Shown: one piece after another, positions 45,794 to 54,081 of the stretch | Layout of the letters: each line of letters starts with the position of its first letter | How positions within the stretch are numbered: the stretch's first letter is position 1 | Virus record (IMG/VR): IMGVR_UViG_3300028840_003168 | DNA length: 64,000 bases | From: a virus | Direction: 5' to 3' (one strand) | The notes under the pieces: model-generated | The model's input: the letters and a program-made list of their open reading frames with translations, nothing else | What the model was told of the DNA's origin: nothing | Database searches by the model: none | Made by a program: the position numbers and the translations under genes

Positions 45794-46058
45794 TTGCGAC
45801 ATCACAGTCATGGTCCTGATACACGGCGACGGGTATGGTCATGACGATATAGTCGGAGTCTTCAGCTCGGACGCCAAGGCCATTGCGTACCTACAGAAGG
45901 AGAATGTAGGGAGGAAATGCTGGAAGTGCAAGGATGGTACGATGTACGTAGGGGATAACTTCGGTTCGGAACTGTTTGTGTGTCCAAAGTGTGGGTATGC
46001 CCATGATGGCGGTTACTGGACTGAGGACTACGAAATAGATGAGGAGGTTTTGGGATGA
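45783..46058 (+). CDS. Zinc-ribbon hypothetical protein
   Basis: CWKC...CPKC. Confidence 0.6.
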   Translation: MKISCDITVMVLIHGDGYGHDDIVGVFSSDAKAIAYLQKENVGRKCWKCKDGTMYVGDNFGSELFVCPKCGYAHDGGYWTEDYEIDEEVLG

Positions 46059-46255
46059 CTGAACCTCTCAGGGTGCCTAAGGAGTTTGAGGAGTACTGCA
46101 TGTCAGCCCGAGAGGTATCCGAGTTCCTTGGCGTACATAGGAACACTGTCTGCAATTGGGTAAGGGACGGCAAGATACCTTACATCCGCATTGGGAGAAG
46201 GAAGTTGATGTTTCGCAAAGTCGATGCAGAAGGGATGCGTGTACAACATGACTGA
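46055..46255 (+). CDS. Excisionase-like HTH DNA-binding protein
   Basis: MSAREVSEFLGVHRNTVCNWVRDGKIPYIRIG. Confidence 0.8.
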   Translation: MTEPLRVPKEFEEYCMSAREVSEFLGVHRNTVCNWVRDGKIPYIRIGRRKLMFRKVDAEGMRVQHD

Positions 46256-46571
46256 ACTTGACAAGGTATTCAAGAAAGCCCACGGGATGATCACCCGCAT
46301 CCACCAGGGTATCTTCGACATAGAGAAGCTCAGGTTGCCCGTGGTGGCCATTCTCATGGCTCCCGAGGACTACAAGCTATTCCTGACTTATCTGACTAAT
46401 GAGTACCCTCTGGGCCACGTCATGCTCTCCAGCCACGATACCTTTCGGGACATTCCGATTCTGGTGGTACCCGGCGCCAAGCTCAAGGTACTGACCTCGG
46501 CCTACGAGGAGTACATGAAGCTCCCCGATGTGGAGCCCTTGCACATGATTAGGAGGATGCCTGATGTCTGA
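46248..46571 (+). CDS. Hypothetical protein
   Basis: Overlap-coupled ORF. Confidence 0.55.
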   Translation: MTELDKVFKKAHGMITRIHQGIFDIEKLRLPVVAILMAPEDYKLFLTYLTNEYPLGHVMLSSHDTFRDIPILVVPGAKLKVLTSAYEEYMKLPDVEPLHMIRRMPDV

Positions 46572-46989
46572 AATCAAAGTCGGAGAGGTCTACGAAGAAC
46601 GGGTACAGGTGGAAGTAGTTGGTGTGTACCCGAAGGACAACGCAGAAGGACCGCGAAACGAGGTTCATACCTACGAAGTTGGCACAGGAGCACGAATGCA
46701 TTTCACCCTTGAAAGTTTCAAGAACAGGTTCAAACCTGTAGATTTTGAAGATGAAACCACCGACAGCATCCCCGTGGGAGGTCTCCGTTCATGGGATGAT
46801 GTCCTGTTCGAGTCCTGCATACCGATCATGAAAGAGGTGGATAGGATAAATGAGATCTGCAAGAGTACCCGGACAAAGTACACTGCCAAGGAGTTCCACG
46901 AAGCTGAACTGGCCGCATTGGAGGTTGCAGTGCGTATCAAGCTCAAAGCCTACAGACAGTGGAAGGAGATGGAGGGCGATAAGGTATGA
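46564..46989 (+). CDS. Hypothetical protein
   Basis: SD AGGAGG. Confidence 0.6.
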   Translation: MSEIKVGEVYEERVQVEVVGVYPKDNAEGPRNEVHTYEVGTGARMHFTLESFKNRFKPVDFEDETTDSIPVGGLRSWDDVLFESCIPIMKEVDRINEICKSTRTKYTAKEFHEAELAALEVAVRIKLKAYRQWKEMEGDKV

Positions 46990-47216
46990 AACGCCGAAAG
47001 TTCTTCAAAGCACTGGGAATAGGTTTTGGAGGTGCTGTTCTCCTGAAGGACTGGAAACCTCCTGTGGCGGACACCATGAAATACATCAGGTTGAAGCCTG
47101 GTGAGATCAGGTCCATGTACCTTCCTCCAAAGGGCAGGGAGGTACTCGGCGTGAACGTGACCTTCACAAACCCGACAGACCAGACAGTCTCTATTCCGAT
47201 GGTAACTTTCAAATAA
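46986..47216 (+). CDS. Small protein with twin-arginine-like signal
   Basis: MKRRKFFKALGIGFGGAVLL. Confidence 0.55.
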   Translation: MKRRKFFKALGIGFGGAVLLKDWKPPVADTMKYIRLKPGEIRSMYLPPKGREVLGVNVTFTNPTDQTVSIPMVTFK

Positions 47217-47225
47217 CTCATCCAC

Positions 47226-47246
47226 TTCAAACTTTTTTGGTATATT
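47226..47246 (+). promoter_or_regulatory. Phage promoter motif copy 3
   Basis: TTCAAACTTTTTTGGTATATT; ATG 47255 only 8 nt downstream (leaderless). Confidence 0.8.
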
Positions 47247-47254
47247 CCTTATAG

Positions 47255-47443
47255 ATGGAACCCAAAGCACCCATAGAAGTCAGGTTCAAGCCAGCAGAGT
47301 TCGGCTTGTGGGAAAATGTGTTTATTGAGTTCATCGTCAAGTTGGAGTTACGTCAGGCCGGGATACCTTTGGACAAGGGGATCATCCACAGGTGGAGGGA
47401 TCTCCAGACGGACGAGGAAGTGTTTTTGTGGAGAAACGAATGA
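47255..47443 (+). CDS. Small hypothetical protein
   Basis: Directly after the promoter motif. Confidence 0.55.
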   Translation: MEPKAPIEVRFKPAEFGLWENVFIEFIVKLELRQAGIPLDKGIIHRWRDLQTDEEVFLWRNE

Positions 47444-47655
47444 CCACTAGATTGATAATCAGCATAGACCTAGGCGACACCTGTGAAGAACGGGAGAGGG
47501 CCTACAAACGTTACCAGGACAGGGTTGCCCGATGCGAGTACAGGTTTCCTGTGAGCATTGCAGGAAATTTGGTCATCCAGAGGTTACAGAACAAAGGAAA
47601 TGAGAGAGTCATTGAGTGTGACTTGGATGGTATATTTATGGAGGAGGACTTTTGA
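47440..47655 (+). CDS. Small hypothetical protein
   Basis: ATGA overlap, SD GGAG. Confidence 0.5.
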   Translation: MTTRLIISIDLGDTCEERERAYKRYQDRVARCEYRFPVSIAGNLVIQRLQNKGNERVIECDLDGIFMEEDF

Positions 47656-47926
47656 ATCCAACCAGGAACAGCTTCAGCGAACCTAAATCAGCCATGAGCG
47701 CGATGGTGCCGAGGGGCCGAGGGTCCCTCTCCGACCAGAGTGTTGGAATCCATTAGTCATGACCGTGTGTTTGGCTGTAACGCTGCTTCAGGGACGCTTG
47801 AAGGAAAGAGTAGGTGATGAGGTTCGAGTACGGTATCACGAGGAAGTGCTACCGGAAAATCCTGATAAGGATGCCTCTTCGGAACTTCTAGCTGTTCCTG
47901 GTTGGATTTGAAAGAGGCGAAGAAAG

Positions 47927-48085
47927 ATGATTAACCTTTCATGGGTGGTCTTAGTGGTATTCATCATCCTGAAATTGGTGGATGTCATAACCTGGAGTTG
48001 GGGATGGGTGCTGTCACCACTATGGATTATTATCCTGATAGCGATATTGTGCGGAACGTTCAGCAACTCTTCCTGGGAGGACTAG
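47927..48085 (+). CDS. Small membrane protein (FIILKL..VI.WSW.WVLSPLWI type); not in the ORF track
   Basis: Manual translation MINLSWVVLVVFIILKLVDVITWSWGWVLSPLWIIILIAILCGTFSNSSWED. Confidence 0.7.
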   Translation: MINLSWVVLVVFIILKLVDVITWSWGWVLSPLWIIILIAILCGTFSNSSWED

Positions 48086-48376
48086 GTGGACTACTTCGTT
48101 CTATACTTTGCGATAACAATTACTCTGGGAATGCTGGCTGGTCTCTTGTTGGCCAAAGATGAATTCTACGATGGGATTTCGGTCATGGAGATCCTTTTTC
48201 TATGTTGGGTTCATATGGGATTCGGTGTCATACTTGGAATATTCTCACCATTTATCCTGGTTATTGTTGTACTCCACAACATCAAGGTTGTGGATGGCTG
48301 GCCGACATGGAAACCTGGATTTAGCTTGTTGAACTGGAAACAGGGAGTGAAAGAATACCTGGGGTCATTGGGATAG
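48086..48376 (+). CDS. Membrane protein
   Basis: SD GGAGG; two hydrophobic segments. Confidence 0.6.
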   Translation: MDYFVLYFAITITLGMLAGLLLAKDEFYDGISVMEILFLCWVHMGFGVILGIFSPFILVIVVLHNIKVVDGWPTWKPGFSLLNWKQGVKEYLGSLG

Positions 48377-48387
48377 AGGAGAACAGA

Positions 48388-48645
48388 ATGTCGAAACTGA
48401 AAGAAATAGTTGCTTCATTAATGACGGGCAGCACCTATGATGAACATGGTGCCACCAAGCAGGCCAGGAAGAGGATCGCTCGGGCTAAACAGTGGGAGAA
48501 CATCGAGCATGACCGCAAGAACCAGAGATGGTGGAGGAAGTGGCAGCTCACGGTCATTGAGGGCAAGACCAAGGAGGAGTTTGAGAAGGCCGAGGAAGTG
48601 ATCTCAGAGAAGTTCCGCGGTAACATTCACAGGTACAGTACCTGA
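48388..48645 (+). CDS. Hypothetical protein
   Basis: SD GAGGAG. Confidence 0.6.
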   Translation: MSKLKEIVASLMTGSTYDEHGATKQARKRIARAKQWENIEHDRKNQRWWRKWQLTVIEGKTKEEFEKAEEVISEKFRGNIHRYST

Positions 48646-48651
48646 AACTTT

Positions 48652-48826
48652 AAGGGGTAGTCGTGCAATGTTTTCTTTGCGTGTGTTCAAGAAGTTTTAC
48701 CCCTGGCTTATGTGTCCGCTTGGCGCAGCTCCGCACACGCAGAATAGGGCCTCCCGGTTCCTGGGCTCTATGGCTTGGCTGACGAATCATGACTAAAGCG
48801 GCATGATGACATTGCATGATGAAAAC
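48652..48826 (+). ncRNA. Putative structured non-coding RNA
   Basis: No credible ORF; several complementary segments of 6-11 bp (see findings). Confidence 0.4.
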
Positions 48827-48827
48827 A

Positions 48828-48944
48828 GAACGGGTGACCTGGGTAAGGCAGAGAGCGCACAAGGGTTGGTATTCCCGATGACACTCTTTGGCTGTGTATG
48901 TGTGCGTAGGCAGCCAGTACCTGGTTCGACTCCAGGCCCGTTCC
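48828..48944 (+). tRNA. Atypical tRNA-like gene (long variable arm, ~21-nt anticodon-loop insertion, identity unclear)
   Basis: Acceptor GAACGGG/CCCGTTC, T-arm CCTGG-TTCGACT-CCAGG, D-arm CCT-GGGTA-AGG, anticodon stem GAGAG/CTCTT. Confidence 0.6.
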
Positions 48945-48946
48945 CC

Positions 48947-49007
48947 GAGCGATGCCGGTGATGCCAAAGATGCCCCCCACATCCCAACCGGTACACCAGC
49001 ATCGCTC
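48947..49007 (+). other. Stem-loop directly 3' of the tRNA-like gene (terminator or processing signal)
   Basis: GAGCGATGCcGGTG / CACCaGCATCGCTC inverted repeat. Confidence 0.5.
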
Positions 49008-49012
49008 ACTTC

Positions 49013-49033
49013 TTTAAACTTTTTTGGTATATT
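49013..49033 (+). promoter_or_regulatory. Phage promoter motif copy 4
   Basis: TTTAAACTTTTTTGGTATATT, then SD AGGAGG. Confidence 0.8.
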
Positions 49034-49053
49034 ACCTTTGCAGGAGGAAAACT

Positions 49054-49338
49054 ATGGGAATGAATCCAGACACAAATAGGTTTGAGATGCTCGTTACCGA
49101 AAGCCAGAAGAAGTCATTGGCAGAGGCTATCCAGGAGAACCAGGATCGGTTTGCAGAACAAGCTGTGGCCAAGTTGATGCGACCAGATGGAACTCCAGTA
49201 CCAAAGCATTGGTCGGTGTTCAGGGTTGGCGAGAAAGTAGTCATCAAGGACTACACCTTCAAAGTGGCGTACATTGGTGAGTCCAACATCCTCTTCGAGC
49301 CGGTGGGGCCTGTGGTGATCGGTGAGGCTTCCGAATGA
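49054..49338 (+). CDS. Hypothetical protein
   Basis: SD AGGAGG. Confidence 0.65.
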   Translation: MGMNPDTNRFEMLVTESQKKSLAEAIQENQDRFAEQAVAKLMRPDGTPVPKHWSVFRVGEKVVIKDYTFKVAYIGESNILFEPVGPVVIGEASE

Positions 49339-49553
49339 GAGCCAAACTCAGTACTGACGGTTACCTGAGTGTGCTTCGCAGTAATGGAGGTTACAAACGC
49401 CAGGTCTGTCCTTTCAGGGAGAAGTTCTGTGGTGACTCTTGTCCACACTTCAGAGAGGTTGAGATCGGATGTGACTATGAACATCAAGTGTACCTGACCT
49501 GCGGTGTGGGAGGGGCTCAGTTCAGGGTTGAGTCCAGGGGAGGTAAGAAGTGA
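49335..49553 (+). CDS. Small Cys-rich protein
   Basis: ATGA overlap; CPF...CGDSCPHF. Confidence 0.55.
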   Translation: MRAKLSTDGYLSVLRSNGGYKRQVCPFREKFCGDSCPHFREVEIGCDYEHQVYLTCGVGGAQFRVESRGGKK

Positions 49554-50020
49554 AGACCAAGAGGTACAAATCCCCTGAGGCCGCGTCAGCCGTCTTCTGG
49601 GGTATCTCCGAAGAGGAACTGATGGAAGGTAACATCACCAACTTTGACGAGGATGGGGAACTGTCGGAGTTCCCTGCCGAGCAGGTTATGGAAGGTATCA
49701 GGAAGGTGGGCGTGTGGGGCTTTGTAGATCCTGAATGCTGCATCCACTTCTGGTGTACCGATGACATCGATATGAAGGATCTCATCGGGTTCTTTGCCCA
49801 TGAGATAGGACATCGGACGGGCAGGCCCATCTACGACCCGAAGGACTCCCTTGTAAAACCTGATGACGTTACCGAGGAGATGCTCAAGGACTTGAAGGAA
49901 GAGGATATGGTTGATGAGGAGACCATCCTGGAAGAGGAACTCCGCGCCGAGGACTTCCGACATGTGGCAGAGAAGGCCTATCTGATGGCTTTGGAGGTGA
50001 AGGAGAAACCAAATGACTGA
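49550..50020 (+). CDS. Acidic HExxH-motif protein
   Basis: FAHEIGH...EELRAE. Confidence 0.6.
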   Translation: MKTKRYKSPEAASAVFWGISEEELMEGNITNFDEDGELSEFPAEQVMEGIRKVGVWGFVDPECCIHFWCTDDIDMKDLIGFFAHEIGHRTGRPIYDPKDSLVKPDDVTEEMLKDLKEEDMVDEETILEEELRAEDFRHVAEKAYLMALEVKEKPND

Positions 50021-50687
50021 AAGAGGAAAGTTCATAGTGATTGAGGGCATCGATGGTGCAGGTACCACAACCTTGGCCAGGGAGCTTGAAATACATCTCA
50101 GAGGAGAGGTTCCTGCTGTCCAGGCCACCTTCGAGCCCACGGCCACCCAGACGGGAGTGTTTATCAGAGAGTTCCTTAACGGGAAGTACCCGCTGATGGG
50201 CTGGAGAGCGATGGCAATGCTGTTCTCTGCGGACAGGTATGACCACTGCGACTGGATTGAGGAATGGCTTGAGGCTGGCTCCTGGGTCATCTGTGATCGA
50301 TATCGCTGGTCAACCTTCGCCTACCAGACAGCATCGGCGGCTGTAACCGAGTGCAAGGGTCTGGAAGGTCAGGAGAGGATGGCCTGCATGTCCCATCTCC
50401 TGGGGTGGTTGGAGAAGATCAATGCAGATGCCCTGGCGCCCGACATGACCGTCATGCTGGACATCGACCCCAAGGTGGCCCTTAAGAGGGTTGACAAAGG
50501 CCGTAAAGCCCCTCGTGAGGTTTATGAGAAGAAAGCCTTCCTGGATGTCGTGGCCGAGGTCTACGAGCGTCTGGTGGACCTGCACACCCCTTCCATGGAC
50601 GGCGTACTCACCACCATCGACGCCTCCCAGTCCATCGACACCGTAACCGATGAATGCTGGGATGAGGTGAAGCGGGTTTTTCTGTAA
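50013..50687 (+). CDS. tmk: Thymidylate kinase
   Basis: GKFIVIEGIDGAGTTT, FEP, LFSADR, VICDRY..S..AYQ, PDMTVMLD, IDASQSID. Confidence 0.92.
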   Translation: MTERGKFIVIEGIDGAGTTTLARELEIHLRGEVPAVQATFEPTATQTGVFIREFLNGKYPLMGWRAMAMLFSADRYDHCDWIEEWLEAGSWVICDRYRWSTFAYQTASAAVTECKGLEGQERMACMSHLLGWLEKINADALAPDMTVMLDIDPKVALKRVDKGRKAPREVYEKKAFLDVVAEVYERLVDLHTPSMDGVLTTIDASQSIDTVTDECWDEVKRVFL

Positions 50688-50726
50688 CCTTGACGAATTG
50701 TCAGCACCCACCCCGACCGAAAAAGT

Positions 50727-50767
50727 TACCTCACGGTATTGACAGGTTGTCAAGCCTCCTATAGGCT
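50727..50767 (+). promoter_or_regulatory. Sigma70 promoter with ACCT-N12-AGGT palindrome; leaderless start of the XRE fusion gene
   Basis: TTGACA(50739)-N17-TAGGCT(50762), ATG at 50774. Confidence 0.7.
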
Positions 50768-50773
50768 CCCTGT

Positions 50774-52495
50774 ATGCGTAGGTTAGTGAATATCCCAGAG
50801 TTTGAAGTTCAAATCAGGTTAAGAAACAACCTTCTAGTGCAGCGAAGGGAGCAGCTGGACCTGACCCAGGCAGGGTTCGCCCGCATCCTGGGTATGAGTC
50901 AGAGCTCCTACAATCAGTACGAATGTATGCGTACCTCCCCGATGAATATGAAAACCGGCAGGTGGAAAGAGATACCTTTAAAGATAGCTGAATTCTGGGG
51001 CGAGAGTCCAGAGAACCTGTGGCCTGATGTAGTTAGGGCGATAAGGAAGGCTATGGTTAGGTTCAGGCTGGACGGAGAAGCTGCGCTGATGCTGGTTGGT
51101 CAGGCAACTAGGGAAATGTCTTCGTCACCTGAAGCCTTGTTTGAGTTCAAGGAGCGTGATCATGTTTTGGGTGCCATGGTCAAAACAAGTCTGACCCCTA
51201 GAGAGTCTGTGATCCTGTCTCGGAAGTTCGGGCTGGGTGACACAAAAGAACACACCTATCAGGAATTGGCTGCCTACCTTGAAGTGTATCATAAAGAAAG
51301 ACCCAGACAGATTGCCGAGAAGTCGTTGAGAAAGCTGAGGCATCGTGAGTGCTCAGAACCTTTGAAAGAATATTTGGATATGGACCGAACGGATTTGAAC
51401 CTTTTTGGTATATTACCTGATGTAGGTGACGATGCAGGAACCTACGATGAAAGGAGGTTGAGTATCCCAACTGTAAGTAAGTATTCAGACAGAACGACAA
51501 AGTGTCGCTGGTGCAGCAAACCTTTTTTGAAGAGAAGCTGGCTGGCTAGACATGAAAGAGGCTGTCTGGAACGGAACAAGACTCGTAAAAAAGCGAAACC
51601 AAAAGAAAGGAAACGCAAAATGAGTAGTAACAAAACGAATGAAGAGAAAGTCTGGAATAATCCAGGGCAGGCGGGTGAGTTTATGTGGGTTCCGAAGGGA
51701 GACATAGAGATTGACCACACGTACCAGCGGGATGAGCTGTCTGGGCATGTGAACAAGATGGCTAAAAACTTTACCTGGCGGTGGTTCGGAACCCTCTCGG
51801 TAGAGCGGAGGTCAAGTGGGAGGCTGTTCGGTATCGACGGCCAGCAGCGGCTCCTGGCCGCGCTCAAGCGCCCGGACATCACGGAAGTTCCCTGCATGGT
51901 TCATGTTTCAAAGGGGGTCAAAGGGGAAGCCGCAGACTATAGTGGGATAAACAATAACAGAAGGAACCTCCAGGCTTATGACAAATTCAAGTCTGAGCTC
52001 ACCCAGAAGATCCCTCTGGCGGTGAGGATCAACGAGATGGTTCAGAAGAATGGCTATCACATCAAGTACAAGACCAGTGAACCTTATAGTTTCATGGCTA
52101 TTGGTACGCTGTGGAGTCTGTCAAAGCGGGACGAAGCCACAACTGCTGAGGTGTTCCGTTACCTGGCCGCTATTGCCATTGACGGAGAACGCATCCACCA
52201 GCGGGTTTTCCACGGCATGTACCTATTCGTGCGCTATCAGCGAAGAGGCGGTTATGATTTCCTGGCCGATAAAGAGAGGATGCAGGACTTGAAGATGCTC
52301 GGACTCAAGAACATCCCGAAGGCAGCCAAACGGGTATCCCAGGACGAGAGCCTGGACTTTGAGGGTCCATCTGCCTACGCCTACGCCATTTTCCAGGAAC
52401 TGAATCGGGATCTCCCGAAAAATCAGAAGATAAAGTGGTACGGGCCAAAGAACTCTAAGGAGTCCAAGGCAGAAGAAGCTAAAGAAGCTGCGTAA
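50774..52495 (+). CDS. Multidomain regulator: XRE HTH + sigma70 region 4 + C2HC zinc finger + ParB/DGQHR-like domain
   Basis: RREQLDLTQAGFARILGMSQSSYNQYE; LTPRESVILSRKFGL...TYQELA...ERPRQIAEKSLRKLRH; CRWCSKPFLKRSWLARHERGC; IDHTYQR...IDGQQRL. Confidence 0.8.
   Translation: MRRLVNIPEFEVQIRLRNNLLVQRREQLDLTQAGFARILGMSQSSYNQYECMRTSPMNMKTGRWKEIPLKIAEFWGESPENLWPDVVRAIRKAMVRFRLDGEAALMLVGQATREMSSSPEALFEFKERDHVLGAMVKTSLTPRESVILSRKFGLGDTKEHTYQELAAYLEVYHKERPRQIAEKSLRKLRHRECSEPLKEYLDMDRTDLNLFGILPDVGDDAGTYDERRLSIPTVSKYSDRTTKCRWCSKPFLKRSWLARHERGCLERNKTRKKAKPKERKRKMSSNKTNEEKVWNNPGQAGEFMWVPKGDIEIDHTYQRDELSGHVNKMAKNFTWRWFGTLSVERRSSGRLFGIDGQQRLLAALKRPDITEVPCMVHVSKGVKGEAADYSGINNNRRNLQAYDKFKSELTQKIPLAVRINEMVQKNGYHIKYKTSEPYSFMAIGTLWSLSKRDEATTAEVFRYLAAIAIDGERIHQRVFHGMYLFVRYQRRGGYDFLADKERMQDLKMLGLKNIPKAAKRVSQDESLDFEGPSAYAYAIFQELNRDLPKNQKIKWYGPKNSKESKAEEAKEAA
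51395..51418 (+). promoter_or_regulatory. Degenerate phage promoter motif copy 5, inside the CDS
   Basis: TTGAACCTTTTTGGTATATTACCT. Confidence 0.55.
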
Positions 52496-52512
52496 CCTAC
52501 CTTTCTCACCGT

Positions 52513-52533
52513 TTCAAACTTTTTTGGTATATT
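52513..52533 (+). promoter_or_regulatory. Phage promoter motif copy 6
   Basis: TTCAAACTTTTTTGGTATATT. Confidence 0.8.
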
Positions 52534-52564
52534 CCTTTATGTAACCAGCTGATGGAGGGCTGCT

Positions 52565-53296
52565 ATGAGTGTATCTATTTCGCATGGAGATTATCGCAAA
52601 GTTTTGAAGGATGTGGAGGCCGATCTTATCTTCACATCCCCACCTTACAACATTGGGTCGAAGTCGAAGAGAATCGACGGTTATCGCAGAAAGGGGAAGT
52701 ACGACCCAAAGAGCTACGGGGCCATACGAGGCTACCCTGACAGCATGCCCGAGGACGTTTACCAGGACAGCCAGGTGGAGTTTCTCCAATGGGCTGCGGA
52801 GCACATGAAGTCGAATGGTGTCCTGGCGTACAACCACAAACCCAGGCGACGGGACGGTAGGATGGTCCATCCCGTGGAGTGGCTTGTACGTGTGCCTGAG
52901 CTTGCTCTGATGGAGGAGATTATCTGGGATCGCGGTTCTACCCACAATCACAGCAACCGTCTTATGTGGCCCCATACGGAAAGGGTGTATGTGTTCCGCC
53001 TGACAGATGGGCAGTACCCCTTTCTGAATGCCAGGGATCTACGATTCAGATCGGATGTCTGGAGAATCAACCCGTCGAAGGCGAACGGTCACAACGCACC
53101 TTTTCCCGAGGAACTGGCCGAGGCGGTTGTGAAGGCTTGGTCACCTAAAGGAGGTCTGGTTGTGGACCCCTATTGCGGAAGCGGTACTGTAGGTGTGGTG
53201 GCGAAGAGGCTCGGCAGGAGGTTCAGAGGTTCAGAGATACTGCGAAAGTATTACGACCTGGCGCAGAACCGGGTATGCGGAGATGTGGCATGTTAG
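52565..53296 (+). CDS. Orphan N4-C/N6-A DNA methyltransferase (beta class)
   Basis: Motif IV TSPPY precedes HNAPFP and motif I DPYCGSGT. Confidence 0.92.
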   Translation: MSVSISHGDYRKVLKDVEADLIFTSPPYNIGSKSKRIDGYRRKGKYDPKSYGAIRGYPDSMPEDVYQDSQVEFLQWAAEHMKSNGVLAYNHKPRRRDGRMVHPVEWLVRVPELALMEEIIWDRGSTHNHSNRLMWPHTERVYVFRLTDGQYPFLNARDLRFRSDVWRINPSKANGHNAPFPEELAEAVVKAWSPKGGLVVDPYCGSGTVGVVAKRLGRRFRGSEILRKYYDLAQNRVCGDVAC

Positions 53297-54081
53297 GGGC
53301 ATATCTGCGTAGTGGGTACCGAGCTGAGGACCCCAATCTGGACTACGACAAGCTCACCGAGTCAGAGAAGCAGAAAATTGACGCGGCCCGGGAGTTCAAC
53401 GAGAATCTGGAATTTCATACCAAAAAAGTACCAAATTATCCGCACGACCCTTCTAAACATTTTCAGTGTCATTTTGCTGCACTTATAAACAGTAAGCTTG
53501 AACGAGGTAATGCTACTATCGGGATCTGGTTTCACTGCTGCATGCTCGATGCCTTGATGATTTTTGTAGATCCCGAGACAGGCGCGACATTAGACCCCCA
53601 CAGGATGACGTTGGACACCCATGTTTGCAAAGATAAAGAGGCGGAAGTGGATATTTTGATTTGTACCTCCAAGTCTCTTTTAAGGGACGCTGCTCTGGAG
53701 GCTGTCAAAGTGCAGATAGACTCTTTTGAAGGAGTACTCAAGTCCAAGGGTGGGAAACCTGTTAATTTGCGAGACTTGGAGAAAGAACGCAACCGTCTTT
53801 TAAACGTGTGGGTGGGCAGACCTTTTCAGATACACGAAAAAAGGTCTCTCAGAGAGAGGTGGAAACAGATTGATCGTGACGCTGGTGTTGCCGTGCATAT
53901 ATGTTACCCCAAGCCGATTACAGTTGCCTTGTTTGACAGGGAATATGTTGGTCATTCTTTGGAGCGATCTAAGGAGCTGGCCTTACATCATCTCCGTCAC
54001 TCAGTCTATATCGATGAGTTCTACACGGCCAACGATAGTGAGTCGATGTTCGACTTATTTTGCCGTATCGTAAACTCATGA
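53290..54081 (+). CDS. Hypothetical protein
   Basis: Long ORF overlapping the methylase stop. Confidence 0.6.
   Translation: MLGAYLRSGYRAEDPNLDYDKLTESEKQKIDAAREFNENLEFHTKKVPNYPHDPSKHFQCHFAALINSKLERGNATIGIWFHCCMLDALMIFVDPETGATLDPHRMTLDTHVCKDKEAEVDILICTSKSLLRDAALEAVKVQIDSFEGVLKSKGGKPVNLRDLEKERNRLLNVWVGRPFQIHEKRSLRERWKQIDRDAGVAVHICYPKPITVALFDREYVGHSLERSKELALHHLRHSVYIDEFYTANDSESMFDLFCRIVNS

Noticed and set aside
48779-48826. Hammerhead-like core CTGACGA-ATCATG...CATGAT-GAAA
   Set aside because: Stem II fits, but the best stem I is mostly G-U pairs and stem III is only about 3 bp; not enough to call a ribozyme (kept only as part of the structured-RNA finding)
48652-48944. tmRNA or tRNA-Sec
   Set aside because: No GGGG...CCACCA alanyl acceptor with G3-U70 and no tag ORF; no UCA anticodon or 8-bp acceptor stem
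52565-54081. Restriction-modification system
   Set aside because: No recognisable PD-(D/E)xK, HNH or GIY-YIG nuclease motif in neighbouring ORFs; treated as an orphan methylase
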